A DNA stretch of 24,660 nucleotides from a virus (Duplodnaviria > Caudoviricetes): IMG/VR virus record IMGVR_UViG_3300042393_000543, positions 1-24,660 of that record; one strand, 5' to 3'. The notes beneath the pieces are model-generated. The model made no database searches. It was not told the origin of the DNA and saw only the letters and a program-made list of their open reading frames with translations. A program made the position numbers and the translations under genes. Of this stretch, positions 6,092 through 14,255 are shown in pieces. Each line of letters begins with the position of its first letter. The first letter of the stretch is position 1.

Positions 6092-6306
6092 CCCACTGGA
6101 CCATCATGCTCATCACAATCCTGTCCGGCCCTATGGCCGGAACAGCCACCCCAATCCTGTACCGAACCGAGGCCTTATGCCAAGCGGCCACGGCCAGCGT
6201 CTCTAACTCCCTGAGCGAGTCCTACGACCACAAGCTGGCCTGCCTGCCGACAGTCCGTGCCTCGATCTCCGCCCACCCAAAGGAGCGGCCTGATGCAAAC
6301 CCTTGA
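6088..6306 (+). CDS. Small putative membrane or exported protein (72 aa, two Cys)
   Basis: GGAG RBS; hydrophobic N-terminus WTIMLITILSG. Confidence 0.65.
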   Translation: MTHWTIMLITILSGPMAGTATPILYRTEALCQAATASVSNSLSESYDHKLACLPTVRASISAHPKERPDANP

Positions 6307-6586
6307 CCCCAGGTCCTGGAAATGGGATTGGGCGGACCTGCCCTCAGACGTTCAACGCGCCTTCATCAACCCTTCTGGCTTATCCCAAATCCGCCGCCTT
6401 ACTCCCACGATCTACGCTTTCCGCGAGATTGCCGGGAGCGGAGCCTGGCTGATTGGGGGCCTCGAAGAACTAACCCCCCACCTATCCGGCCTGCCAATCC
6501 CAACTCCCTATTCCCCGCCCGTTCGGCCGCCAGCGGAGTCTGACGTGCTTGACCTGTCCGGGCTCAACATCACCATTGACTTCTAA
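6293..6586 (+). CDS. Hypothetical protein (97 aa)
   Basis: AAGGAG RBS, ATG 6293 (MQTLDPRSWKWDW...). Confidence 0.7.
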   Translation: MQTLDPRSWKWDWADLPSDVQRAFINPSGLSQIRRLTPTIYAFREIAGSGAWLIGGLEELTPHLSGLPIPTPYSPPVRPPAESDVLDLSGLNITIDF

Positions 6587-6604
6587 TCCCCGGTATGGTA
6601 AATA
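6576..6604 (+). promoter_or_regulatory. Putative promoter upstream of the helicase
   Basis: TTGACT, 17-nt spacer ending GGTATGG, TAAATA. Confidence 0.5.
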
Positions 6605-6711
6605 TCCGGTCCGGGCCGCAATCCGTCACAGCATAACCAGCCTTCCTTAAGCCTCTGGTGTTCAGCCTCGCGCAGGCTGGCATCCTGAGTCTTAACCCGA
6701 AAGGAAAATCC

Positions 6712-8166
6712 ATGCCAGACTTTACGCCTACCCCTGAGCAAACCGCGATCATCGAGGCCGCCTCGACCACCACCGAAAACCTCGCAGTAATTGCGCGGGC
6801 CGGGGCGGCCAAAACCTCCACCCTCGTCATGATCGCAGAGGCGCTGCCCGCCGTCTCCATCCTCTGCCTCGCCTTCAACAAGAAGATCGCAGACGAGATG
6901 ACCGCCCGCCTGCCTAAGAACTGCGAGGCCAAAACCCTACACGGCCTCGGCTTCAAAGCCTGGCAATACTTCATCCGCAAATCCTGCAAGGTCAACGACA
7001 AAAAGGTCTTCTTCATCCTCAAGGACAAGATCGACGGCCTGACCGGCGATGACCGCTCCGACGCGTACTCCAGCATGGCCGAAACCCTCGACTGCATAAA
7101 AAAGGCCAAGTCCGCCGGCTGGCTCCCCGAGGCCTACAGCGGCCACTGGAAACCCCTGCTCACCGATGACGAGTTCTTCGAGTCCCTCCCGATGGAACCC
7201 TCGGCGCTTCAAATCGCCCTGATTAAGGCGGTCTGCAACGAAAGCTGGAAACGTGCCCTCACCGGCGAGATCGACTTCGACGACATGATCTTCTGCCCAG
7301 CTATCTGCTCCGTATCTTGGCCCGCCCCTCCGCTAACCCTGATCGACGAGGCCCAGGACCTTTCCCCGATCAACCATCACATCCTCAAACGGATCGTTAA
7401 AACCCGCAGGATCATCGCAGTCGGCGACCCGCTCCAGGCCATCTACGGCTTCCGAGGCGCCGATGTTCACTCCATGCCCAAGCTCATCGAAATGTTCCAG
7501 ATGAAGGAACTCCGCCTGACTATCAGCTTCCGCTGCGCCCGCAAGATCACAGAAAACGCCCGCTGGCTCGCCATGGACATGCGCTTTCCTGAGTGGGCCA
7601 AAGAGGGCGTAGTCCGCCGCCCGGCATCCTGGGCCGCCGCGGAAATCGAGCAAGGAGACGCGATCATCTGCCGGAACAACGCGCCACTCTTCCGCATGGC
7701 GATCCGCATGATCGAGGCCGGGCAACTTCCAGAACTCTCCGGCCGCGACCTCGCCGGGCCGCTCAAAAAGATCCTGACCGCCCTCGGCAAGCCCAACTTC
7801 CTCCAGCTTCAGGCCATCCACGCCCTGAACTCCTGGCGGGACAACGAGAAACGTCGGGCTCGTCCCGGCGCAGTCGGCGCCATCGAGGATAAGTTCGAGT
7901 GCCTTCTCGTCATCCTTGAAAAGACCAAAACCCTTGGGGACGCAATCGCCTACCTCGAGCATCTGCTAACCCGAGAGGGCCGAGTCTACCTCATGACCGG
8001 CCACAAGTCCAAGGGCCTCGAGTTCAACCGCGTTTGGTTCCTCGACCCTGGCCTCTGCCGCATCGACCGAGACCAGGACGCGAACATCAAGTACGTCATT
8101 GAGACCCGCGCGAAGGATTTTCTCGCCTACGTCTCGACCGAGACCTTTGTGGCCGCAGCGGACTGA
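6712..8166 (+). CDS. UvrD/Rep-like superfamily 1 DNA helicase (484 aa)
   Basis: ARAGAAKT (Walker A variant), LAFNK, IDEAQD, VGDPLQAIYGFRGA, SFRC, CRNN, HKSKGLEF, YVIETRA; AAGGA RBS. Confidence 0.93.
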   Translation: MPDFTPTPEQTAIIEAASTTTENLAVIARAGAAKTSTLVMIAEALPAVSILCLAFNKKIADEMTARLPKNCEAKTLHGLGFKAWQYFIRKSCKVNDKKVFFILKDKIDGLTGDDRSDAYSSMAETLDCIKKAKSAGWLPEAYSGHWKPLLTDDEFFESLPMEPSALQIALIKAVCNESWKRALTGEIDFDDMIFCPAICSVSWPAPPLTLIDEAQDLSPINHHILKRIVKTRRIIAVGDPLQAIYGFRGADVHSMPKLIEMFQMKELRLTISFRCARKITENARWLAMDMRFPEWAKEGVVRRPASWAAAEIEQGDAIICRNNAPLFRMAIRMIEAGQLPELSGRDLAGPLKKILTALGKPNFLQLQAIHALNSWRDNEKRRARPGAVGAIEDKFECLLVILEKTKTLGDAIAYLEHLLTREGRVYLMTGHKSKGLEFNRVWFLDPGLCRIDRDQDANIKYVIETRAKDFLAYVSTETFVAAAD

Positions 8167-8186
8167 TTTCCCCGTCGGCGGAGTCT

Positions 8187-8221
8187 GGTATGGTCTTATC
8201 ACTTAATGATAGGGCCATACC
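8187..8221. promoter_or_regulatory. 35-bp palindromic operator-like element, copy 2 (core inverted relative to copies 1 and 3)
   Basis: GGTATGGTCTTATCACTTAATGATAGGGCCATACC, intergenic, 16 nt upstream of a predicted -35 box. Confidence 0.7.
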
Positions 8222-8237
8222 TTACTCAACAAGACCC

Positions 8238-8273
8238 TTTACAAACCGCCCCGCGTATGGTAAAAGACCATAC
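8238..8273 (+). promoter_or_regulatory. Putative promoter overlapped by a short GTATGGT/ACCATAC inverted repeat
   Basis: TTTACA, 17-nt spacer ending GTATGG, TAAAAG; IR arms at 8255-8261 and 8267-8273. Confidence 0.45.
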
Positions 8274-8288
8274 CAACCGGAGTCCGCC

Positions 8289-8528
8289 ATGACCCTTTCA
8301 CCCGCCACAATCATCGCAACAGCCGCTTGCCATACCTGTTGCGCCATGCGGAAACAGCCATGTTCATTCAACCGGACTGAAGACCCCGAAGGCCGCCGCC
8401 ATTCTGCCCGCGACTCACATCCCGACAGAATCCGCCGCGCCATGAAAATAATTCACGATTTCGAGTGCTTGCCAGTTGACACCGCCGCCAAAATTTGGCA
8501 ATATACAAGAACAGAAAACGCGGATTGA
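8289..8528 (+). CDS. Small zinc-finger-like protein (79 aa)
   Basis: GGAG RBS, ATG 8289; CHTC...QPC...H..R pattern. Confidence 0.6.
   Translation: MTLSPATIIATAACHTCCAMRKQPCSFNRTEDPEGRRHSARDSHPDRIRRAMKIIHDFECLPVDTAAKIWQYTRTENAD
8476..8504 (+). promoter_or_regulatory. Putative promoter for the 8578 gene
   Basis: TTGACA, 17-nt spacer ending TGG, CAATAT. Confidence 0.45.
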
Positions 8529-8577
8529 CACAACGTCCACCCCGCAAAAACAAAACCCGGTCAGATAGGAGAATCAA

Positions 8578-9075
8578 ATGACCCAGAAAGAAATCACCGT
8601 TCAAGGCATCGTCGTTTCCGTTTCCGCGCCCTACATCGCGGGCCACGCAATCACGGACGCCGAGGCCAAGGCCCTGAACCAAGTTCGCGCCGAGAACGTC
8701 GCTAACAACGTCCGCAAAGGCGTGCAGGACATTATCGAGGCCGCAGGCGGCAAAGAAGCCCTGACCGCTGAGCATAAAGCTGCGGCCCAGGCCCTCGTCG
8801 CTGAGAAAGATGGCGTGTACGAGTTCACCCTCGCATCCGTCGGCGGCGGGCGCGCTCCGATCGACCCGCTGGTCAAAGAGTGCCGCGCCGTCGCCAAGAC
8901 CTTCCTGACGCTCAAGCTGAAGGAGAAGGGCCTGACCCAGAAGGAATACGCCGCATCCAACGGCGAGGACGCCTTCACAGCCAAGGTCATCGAGCTGGCC
9001 GACAACCCCGAGATCATCAAGATCGCCAAGAAGAACCTGGCGACTCGCGAAGGGCTGGCCAACATCAGCCTGTAA
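8578..9075 (+). CDS. Hypothetical phage protein (165 aa, Ala/Lys-rich, likely abundant)
   Basis: AGGAG RBS, strongly biased codons, own upstream promoter and downstream hairpin. Confidence 0.85.
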   Translation: MTQKEITVQGIVVSVSAPYIAGHAITDAEAKALNQVRAENVANNVRKGVQDIIEAAGGKEALTAEHKAAAQALVAEKDGVYEFTLASVGGGRAPIDPLVKECRAVAKTFLTLKLKEKGLTQKEYAASNGEDAFTAKVIELADNPEIIKIAKKNLATREGLANISL

Positions 9076-9090
9076 GCTGGTCAAAACAAC

Positions 9091-9120
9091 GTGGCCGCCG
9101 AGCGAAATCTTGGCGGCCAC
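9091..9120 (+). terminator. GC-rich hairpin after the 8578 gene (stabiliser or weak terminator)
   Basis: GTGGCCGCCGAG / CTTGGCGGCCAC; no U-tract. Confidence 0.45.
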
Positions 9121-9155
9121 CCGCACCTCAAAACCGCAGCACAAGGGAGCCAACT

Positions 9156-9467
9156 ATGCAATATCCAACCTTCCCCGGAGTTCAAGTCGTCGGTATGCAC
9201 TTCCGCCCTAACGGAAAGGCCATCGTCGAGAGCCTACTCGCGCCCGCCTCCTTCGACCTCGAGCGCGAGCCCGGCAATTCATATGACCCCTACGCCATCA
9301 AGGTCATGTACGACGGCGAGCATATCGGCTACGTCGAGCGCCAGCAGGCCATGTTCATCGCGCCGTGGATGGATCAGGGCGTTGAGTACGCTTGCATCGC
9401 GACTGAGTTCCGCGAACACAACCGCAACCTCTATCCGATTGTCACAATCGAACCAGCGGATGCCTGA
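9156..9467 (+). CDS. HIRAN domain protein (103 aa)
   Basis: VVGMHFR...LEREPGNSYDPYAIKV...HIGYV matches the HIRAN signature; GGAG RBS. Confidence 0.88.
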   Translation: MQYPTFPGVQVVGMHFRPNGKAIVESLLAPASFDLEREPGNSYDPYAIKVMYDGEHIGYVERQQAMFIAPWMDQGVEYACIATEFREHNRNLYPIVTIEPADA

Positions 9468-9657
9468 TCTTCCCCTCATCCACTATCTCTACCAAGCCCT
9501 AAACTCAGAGTCGGGGATCGTCTTATCCACCTCCGACCCTGAGCGGCTTCGGCAGAAACTTTACGCTGAGCGCAAGAAAGACCCCGACCTTTCCTGCATC
9601 TCCATCAACATTTCTCGGTCGCAGCCCGAGTCCCAAATATGGTTGATAAAGAAATGA
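9460..9657 (+). CDS. Hypothetical protein (65 aa)
   Basis: ATG overlaps the end of the HIRAN gene; stop overlaps the next start. Confidence 0.65.
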   Translation: MPDLPLIHYLYQALNSESGIVLSTSDPERLRQKLYAERKKDPDLSCISINISRSQPESQIWLIKK

Positions 9658-9854
9658 AAGCCTCAATCAAGAAACACACACTAAATCTCCGGGACGGCGA
9701 TTGGGACTATCTCGAGTCCATGTATAAGCCAAACGGGATTGCGACTGCCGTGGCCGTCCGCACCATCATCTCAAACTTTGTGGACAAGAAGCGGACTGAG
9801 GAGGCCCGGCGGTCCGGCGCCTCAATCCACGACATGGACGTTGACATTGACTAA
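9654..9854 (+). CDS. Putative ribbon-helix-helix DNA-binding protein (66 aa)
   Basis: KKHTLNL strand followed by two amphipathic helices (DWDYLESMY; AVAVRTIISNFVDK); pattern judged by eye. Confidence 0.55.
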   Translation: MKASIKKHTLNLRDGDWDYLESMYKPNGIATAVAVRTIISNFVDKKRTEEARRSGASIHDMDVDID

Positions 9855-10034
9855 ATTCCCGCCCCTCGTCAAAACAATCTGGCGAAAGAGCGGCTGGGGC
9901 TACAGAACAAGAAACGCCTTTCGCCAGTATGTCACCGTGTTCTCCGGCCCCAACACGCCAGTCACAACTTACCTCACCATAAAAGCGGCCCTCGCTTTTA
10001 TCCGCAAAAACGAGCAAAACCCACTGGAGTCACC

Positions 10035-10250
10035 ATGCCCGACGAGGCCCCCACAGACATCAACGAGCTTTTCTCCCGCGACCCCATGAAGCTATCCGAG
10101 GCCGACATTGACCGGATCATCATGGAGTTCCGCAAGCGCCGCAACATCTTCAACGCGAACCCAGCCGCCATCGCCGCCAAGCCCGCCGGAAAAGTCCTGA
10201 CCGACAAGGAAAAGGCCGTGTCCTCCCTCAAGATCGAGTTTGACCTATGA
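10035..10250 (+). CDS. Hypothetical phage protein (71 aa)
   Basis: GGAG RBS; ATGA overlap with the nuclease gene. Confidence 0.75.
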   Translation: MPDEAPTDINELFSRDPMKLSEADIDRIIMEFRKRRNIFNANPAAIAAKPAGKVLTDKEKAVSSLKIEFDL

Positions 10251-11185
10251 CCGCGCTCACCGCAAAGAAGAAGTCATTCACTAACGGCGTTCAGATATTC
10301 TGGGACGCAACGTCGCTCGACCTCGCGCAATCCTGTCCCCGCAAATACTACTATTCCATGATCCGAGGCATCCGGCCGAAAGAGCAATCCGTTCACCTCC
10401 TATTCGGCGGCCTCTACGCAACGGCCCTCGAACACTTCTACAAATACCGCGCCCTCGGCCAGTCCACCGAGGCGGCCCTTCGGCTCGTAGTCCACGAGGC
10501 CCTCATCGGCTCTTGGGACGCGGAAAGGGGCGGGCCGAAAAGCTTCGATGACCCGAAGAAAACCCGAGCGGCCCTCATCCGCACAATCATCTGGTACGTT
10601 GAGCAATTCGGCGTCGAGACTGAGGCCGGCCTCCGCACCTACCACCTCCAAGACGGCAAGCCCGCCGTTGAGCTTTCCTTCTCCCTCGAGCTCAACGCGG
10701 ATATTGTCTATTGCGGCCACCTCGATCGCGTGGTCCAGATGGGTGACGAGCTTTACGTCATGGACCAAAAGACAACCGGAGGAACTGTTGGCACCTACTA
10801 CTTCAACAACTTCTCCCCGTCGAACCAGATGAGCGGCTACGCCCTAGCCGGACAGATCATCCTAGCCTCCCCTGTCCGCGGGGTCATCATTGACGCGGCC
10901 CAGATCGCCGTGAACTACACCCGGTTCGAGCGCGGCGTTACCTCCCGCTCAAAAGACCAGCTTGAGGAATGGCTTCAAGCCACAATCCAGTCAATCGGCG
11001 CCTTCCAGCAGCAAGTGACTCCGGCGCCCGAGGCCGAGGCAACCTACCCGCAAAACCCGACGGCCTGCGGGAATTACGGTGGCTGCTCCTTCCGCATCCT
11101 TTGCAGCCGCAGCCCCAAGGTCCGCGAGAATTTCATCCAGTCCGACTTCACTTCCCACAACTGGGACCCTGCAACGCCGAGGTAA
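10247..11185 (+). CDS. PD-(D/E)XK Cas4/AddB-like exonuclease with probable Fe-S cluster
   Basis: N-terminal CPRKYYY, GHLD...MDQKT, QMSGY, C-terminal C..YGGC.F..LC. Confidence 0.88.
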   Translation: MTALTAKKKSFTNGVQIFWDATSLDLAQSCPRKYYYSMIRGIRPKEQSVHLLFGGLYATALEHFYKYRALGQSTEAALRLVVHEALIGSWDAERGGPKSFDDPKKTRAALIRTIIWYVEQFGVETEAGLRTYHLQDGKPAVELSFSLELNADIVYCGHLDRVVQMGDELYVMDQKTTGGTVGTYYFNNFSPSNQMSGYALAGQIILASPVRGVIIDAAQIAVNYTRFERGVTSRSKDQLEEWLQATIQSIGAFQQQVTPAPEAEATYPQNPTACGNYGGCSFRILCSRSPKVRENFIQSDFTSHNWDPATPR

Positions 11186-11188
11186 TCC

Positions 11189-11977
11189 ATGACAACTCTA
11201 TCCGATCACAAATCCTCCGATTTCGTGAAACTCCTTTTCATCGGCAATTCTGGCGCAGGAAAGACTGGAGCCCTGACCCCGCTTGTTTCGGCGGGCTACG
11301 AACTCCGCATCATCGACCTCGACTCCGGCCTCGACGCCCTCGTCAATCACATCAAGGAAATCGACCCTAAGCTGCTGGCCGCCGTGCAGTTCGAGTCCTT
11401 CCGCGACAAGATGAAGATGACCGCCTCCGGCCCTGCCGTCATCGGCAGCCCAAAAGCCTACGTCCAGACCCTCAACGCGCTGGAAAAGTGGCCCGCTGAT
11501 AACACTGACCCGGCCAAATGGGGACCGAAGAAAGTCCTCGTCATCGACAGCCTGACCAATCTTGGCCGAGCCGCCTTCCAGTGGGCGCGGGCCGCAAACC
11601 CGATGTCAAAAGACCCTCGCCAATGGTACAAGGCGGCCCAAGACCTGATCGAGGATTTGATTGCCAACGTCACCTCCGACTCATTTGAAACCAACGTCAT
11701 CATCATTTCCCACGTTGAGATGACCGAGACAAACGGCACATTCAAGGGCTTTGCCAGTTCCGTTGGCAAGGCCCTCGGCCCCAAAATTCCGCGCTTCTTC
11801 AACACCCTGCTCCTGTCCGAAACATCCGGCAGCGGCAAGAACGTCAAGCGCAAGATCAAAACCCTGCCAACGGGCTTGATCGACCTGAAAAACCCGGCCC
11901 CGATGAAGATGGAAGCCGAGTATGAGATTTCTGACGGCCTTCTCCAGATATTCAATATCTTGAAGGCACAGAACTGA
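11189..11977 (+). CDS. AAA_24 / Sak4-like P-loop ATPase (putative recombinase)
   Basis: GNSGAGKT Walker A, IIDLD.G, VIDSLT Walker B, IISH; sits between an exonuclease and an SSB-like gene. Confidence 0.82.
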   Translation: MTTLSDHKSSDFVKLLFIGNSGAGKTGALTPLVSAGYELRIIDLDSGLDALVNHIKEIDPKLLAAVQFESFRDKMKMTASGPAVIGSPKAYVQTLNALEKWPADNTDPAKWGPKKVLVIDSLTNLGRAAFQWARAANPMSKDPRQWYKAAQDLIEDLIANVTSDSFETNVIIISHVEMTETNGTFKGFASSVGKALGPKIPRFFNTLLLSETSGSGKNVKRKIKTLPTGLIDLKNPAPMKMEAEYEISDGLLQIFNILKAQN

Positions 11978-12021
11978 CCGCCGGAAAGACGGCACTTTTC
12001 ACAACTTTTGGAGAAACCAAC

Positions 12022-12489
12022 ATGAAGTTTTCAGACGCACTCGACCGCAAACTCGAAGAAATCAAGCGCCCGCCCGTCCTGCCGATCGGCCATTACATCT
12101 GGCAAGTCACCAAGCACCCGGAAATTGATGAGTTCGAGTCCTCGAAAACCGGCACCTCGTTCGAGCGTGTCACGATCAACCTCACCTGCGTCCAGGCCTC
12201 CGACGACGTGGACACTGACGACCTGGCAAACTACGGCAACGTCCAAGGCAGCCAGAACCGGAAAAGCTTCCTGTTCTCAGCCTCGGCCGACGACAAGGCC
12301 AGCTTCGAACGCTCGATGTTCAACCTTCGCCGGTTCCTCGATCATTGCGGCGTGGACGAGACGCTCCCGATGAACGAAGCCCTCGCCGCCGTGGTGGGGA
12401 TGCAGTTCCTGGGCGAGCTTACTCACCGGCCCGACCCGAACGACCCTGAGATCGTTTACGCCGAAGTCGGCCGCACCGCTCAAATCTAA
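12022..12489 (+). CDS. Putative single-stranded DNA-binding protein (DUF669-like)
   Basis: PVLPIGHY N-terminal motif, beta-rich acidic body, position after a Sak4-like ATPase. Confidence 0.6.
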   Translation: MKFSDALDRKLEEIKRPPVLPIGHYIWQVTKHPEIDEFESSKTGTSFERVTINLTCVQASDDVDTDDLANYGNVQGSQNRKSFLFSASADDKASFERSMFNLRRFLDHCGVDETLPMNEALAAVVGMQFLGELTHRPDPNDPEIVYAEVGRTAQI

Positions 12490-12496
12490 GCCAACA

Positions 12497-12530
12497 GGGG
12501 ACGGCGGCTCACGTTGCCGTCCCCATTTTC
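12497..12530 (+). terminator. Intrinsic terminator-like hairpin
   Basis: GGGGACGGCGGC / GTTGCCGTCCCC stem followed by ATTTTC. Confidence 0.6.
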
Positions 12531-12544
12531 ATTGGGAGCAAATC

Positions 12545-12865
12545 ATGGCAGAACAAACCAAACCGCGGAGAGTGCAATTCCTGCACGAGGGCGCAAAACT
12601 TACTAACGGCGATCGGGATATTGAGTACGGAACGCCGTATGAGAACCTGGGAAACTGCGCGGTGCTTTTCACGGCATATCTCGCGGCGAAGTACGGCGAG
12701 CTTCTGCACGGATTTGTGCTGACCGCCGAGGACGTGGCCTGGCTTAACGTCCTCCAGAAAATGGCCCGGACCTTCAACGGCAGCTCCAAGCCTGACACCT
12801 ACATCGATGCTGCAACTTACTCGGCCATCGCCGGTGAGTGCGCCGAAGAAAAGCGGTCAGCATGA
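12545..12865 (+). CDS. DUF6378-like protein
   Basis: GDRDIEYGTPYEN...DVAWLNVLQKMAR...DTYIDAATY. Confidence 0.75.
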   Translation: MAEQTKPRRVQFLHEGAKLTNGDRDIEYGTPYENLGNCAVLFTAYLAAKYGELLHGFVLTAEDVAWLNVLQKMARTFNGSSKPDTYIDAATYSAIAGECAEEKRSA

Positions 12866-14181
12866 CCAGCGGAACCTTCGACTACATCGCCGTTTCCTCC
12901 ATCATCATTGACCGGGAAAATCGCCAGCGGCGCGAACTCACCGGCATCCCCGAGCTTGCCAAATCCATCGCGGATAACGGCCTGATCAATCCAATCGTCA
13001 TCACGCGAGACCTTGTTCTCGTCGCCGGGGAGCGCCGACTCACGGCCCACAAACACCTCGGCTTTGACCTGATCGCCGTGCAATATCTCTCTGATCTCGA
13101 TGATGAACAAACCGCAATCATCGAGCTCGAGGAAAACATTCGGCGGGAAGATCTCCCGTGGCAGGATCACGTCAAGGCCGTTTCTCGCTTTCACGAAATC
13201 CGCTCAAAGCAGGCCGCGGCCACCAACCAAACCTGGAGCCAGGACGCAACGGCCGCCGAACTCGGTATGTCCCAAGCCAACATCGCAAAACATCTCCTCG
13301 TGAAAAAGGCGATGGACCTCGGCATCAAGGACGTGATTGACTCGCCTAAACTCACAACGGCGGCCAACTTTGCCGGGCGGCTCCAAGAGCGGAAGAAAAC
13401 CACCTTGCTCCGAGAATTGCGCCAAGAGCCGTCAGTGGCGTCAGTGGCATCTGACCTCGAGGGTGATCTGATCTCGCCCGATGACGAGCCCCCGGCTACC
13501 TCTGCCCCGACCCGCTACGCCGAGATCATCAACACAAACTTCCTCGCTTGGTCGCTCGAAGTCCGCGAGTTTCCCTACAACGTGATCCACTGCGACTTCC
13601 CCTACGGCATTTCGGCGGGCGATACAATCGGCCAGTCCAGCGCAAAATCCTTCGGCGGCTACTTGGACAGCGCAGATATTTACTGGGAATTGCTCGAAAC
13701 CTTCCTCGCCCGGCAGGACCGCTTCGTTGCCCCCTCGGCCCATATGCTATTTTGGTTCAGTATGAAATACTACACCCCGACCGTCCAGAAATTGCGGGCA
13801 GCGGGCTGGCGTGTCGATGACTTCCCCTTGATATGGCACCGCTCGGACAATGCCGGAATATTGCCCGATGCGCAACGGGGGCCGCGCCGGACGTATGAAA
13901 CGGCCCTATTTTGCACCCGTGGCGACCGAAAAACCGTCAAAGCCGTGGCCAATTCCATCGCCGCCGTGACGACAAAAAACTACCACATGAGCGAGAAGCC
14001 GATGCCGGTCCTCGAGCATTTCTTCCGCATGATTATCGACGAGACTTCCCTCGTCCTCGATCCGACTTGCGGGAGCGGTAATGCGATCAAGGCCGCCGAG
14101 GCCGCCGGTGCAAATTGGGCAACCGGCCTCGAACTATCCCCCGACTACGCCGAGGGCGCCAGACAAAATCTGGGGCTGTAA
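12862..14181 (+). CDS. ParB N-terminal domain / amino-DNA methyltransferase fusion (439 aa)
   Basis: ELAKSIADNGLINPIVI...LVAGERRL...ELEENIRRED (ParB), HTH-like WSQDATAAELGMSQANI, then DFPY, HMSEKP and VLDPTCGSG (beta-class motif order). Confidence 0.88.
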   Translation: MTSGTFDYIAVSSIIIDRENRQRRELTGIPELAKSIADNGLINPIVITRDLVLVAGERRLTAHKHLGFDLIAVQYLSDLDDEQTAIIELEENIRREDLPWQDHVKAVSRFHEIRSKQAAATNQTWSQDATAAELGMSQANIAKHLLVKKAMDLGIKDVIDSPKLTTAANFAGRLQERKKTTLLRELRQEPSVASVASDLEGDLISPDDEPPATSAPTRYAEIINTNFLAWSLEVREFPYNVIHCDFPYGISAGDTIGQSSAKSFGGYLDSADIYWELLETFLARQDRFVAPSAHMLFWFSMKYYTPTVQKLRAAGWRVDDFPLIWHRSDNAGILPDAQRGPRRTYETALFCTRGDRKTVKAVANSIAAVTTKNYHMSEKPMPVLEHFFRMIIDETSLVLDPTCGSGNAIKAAEAAGANWATGLELSPDYAEGARQNLGL

Positions 14182-14188
14182 ATAGACC

Positions 14189-14236
14189 TTGACACTAGCT
14201 CGGTATGGCTTTATCATTAAGTGATAGCGCCATACC
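14189..14236 (+). promoter_or_regulatory. Sigma70 promoter overlapped by 35-bp palindrome copy 3
   Basis: TTGACA (14189-14194), 17 nt, TATCAT (14212-14217), with the -10 inside GGTATGGCTTTATCATTAAGTGATAGCGCCATACC (14202-14236). Confidence 0.75.
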
Positions 14237-14255
14237 GACCTGCGGGAGCCACTAC

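Noticed and set aside
6246-6271. GCCGACAGTC...GATCTCCG resembling a third copy of motif A
   Set aside because: Lies inside a CDS, the inner and outer helices barely pair, and the same 10-mer also occurs in unrelated coding sequence at 20163. Left as unsupported.
9847-10089. Possible small CDS starting at TTG between the RHH-like gene and 10035
   Set aside because: Weak RBS, non-ATG start and a 55-nt overlap with the next gene. It may be real but cannot be supported from sequence alone.
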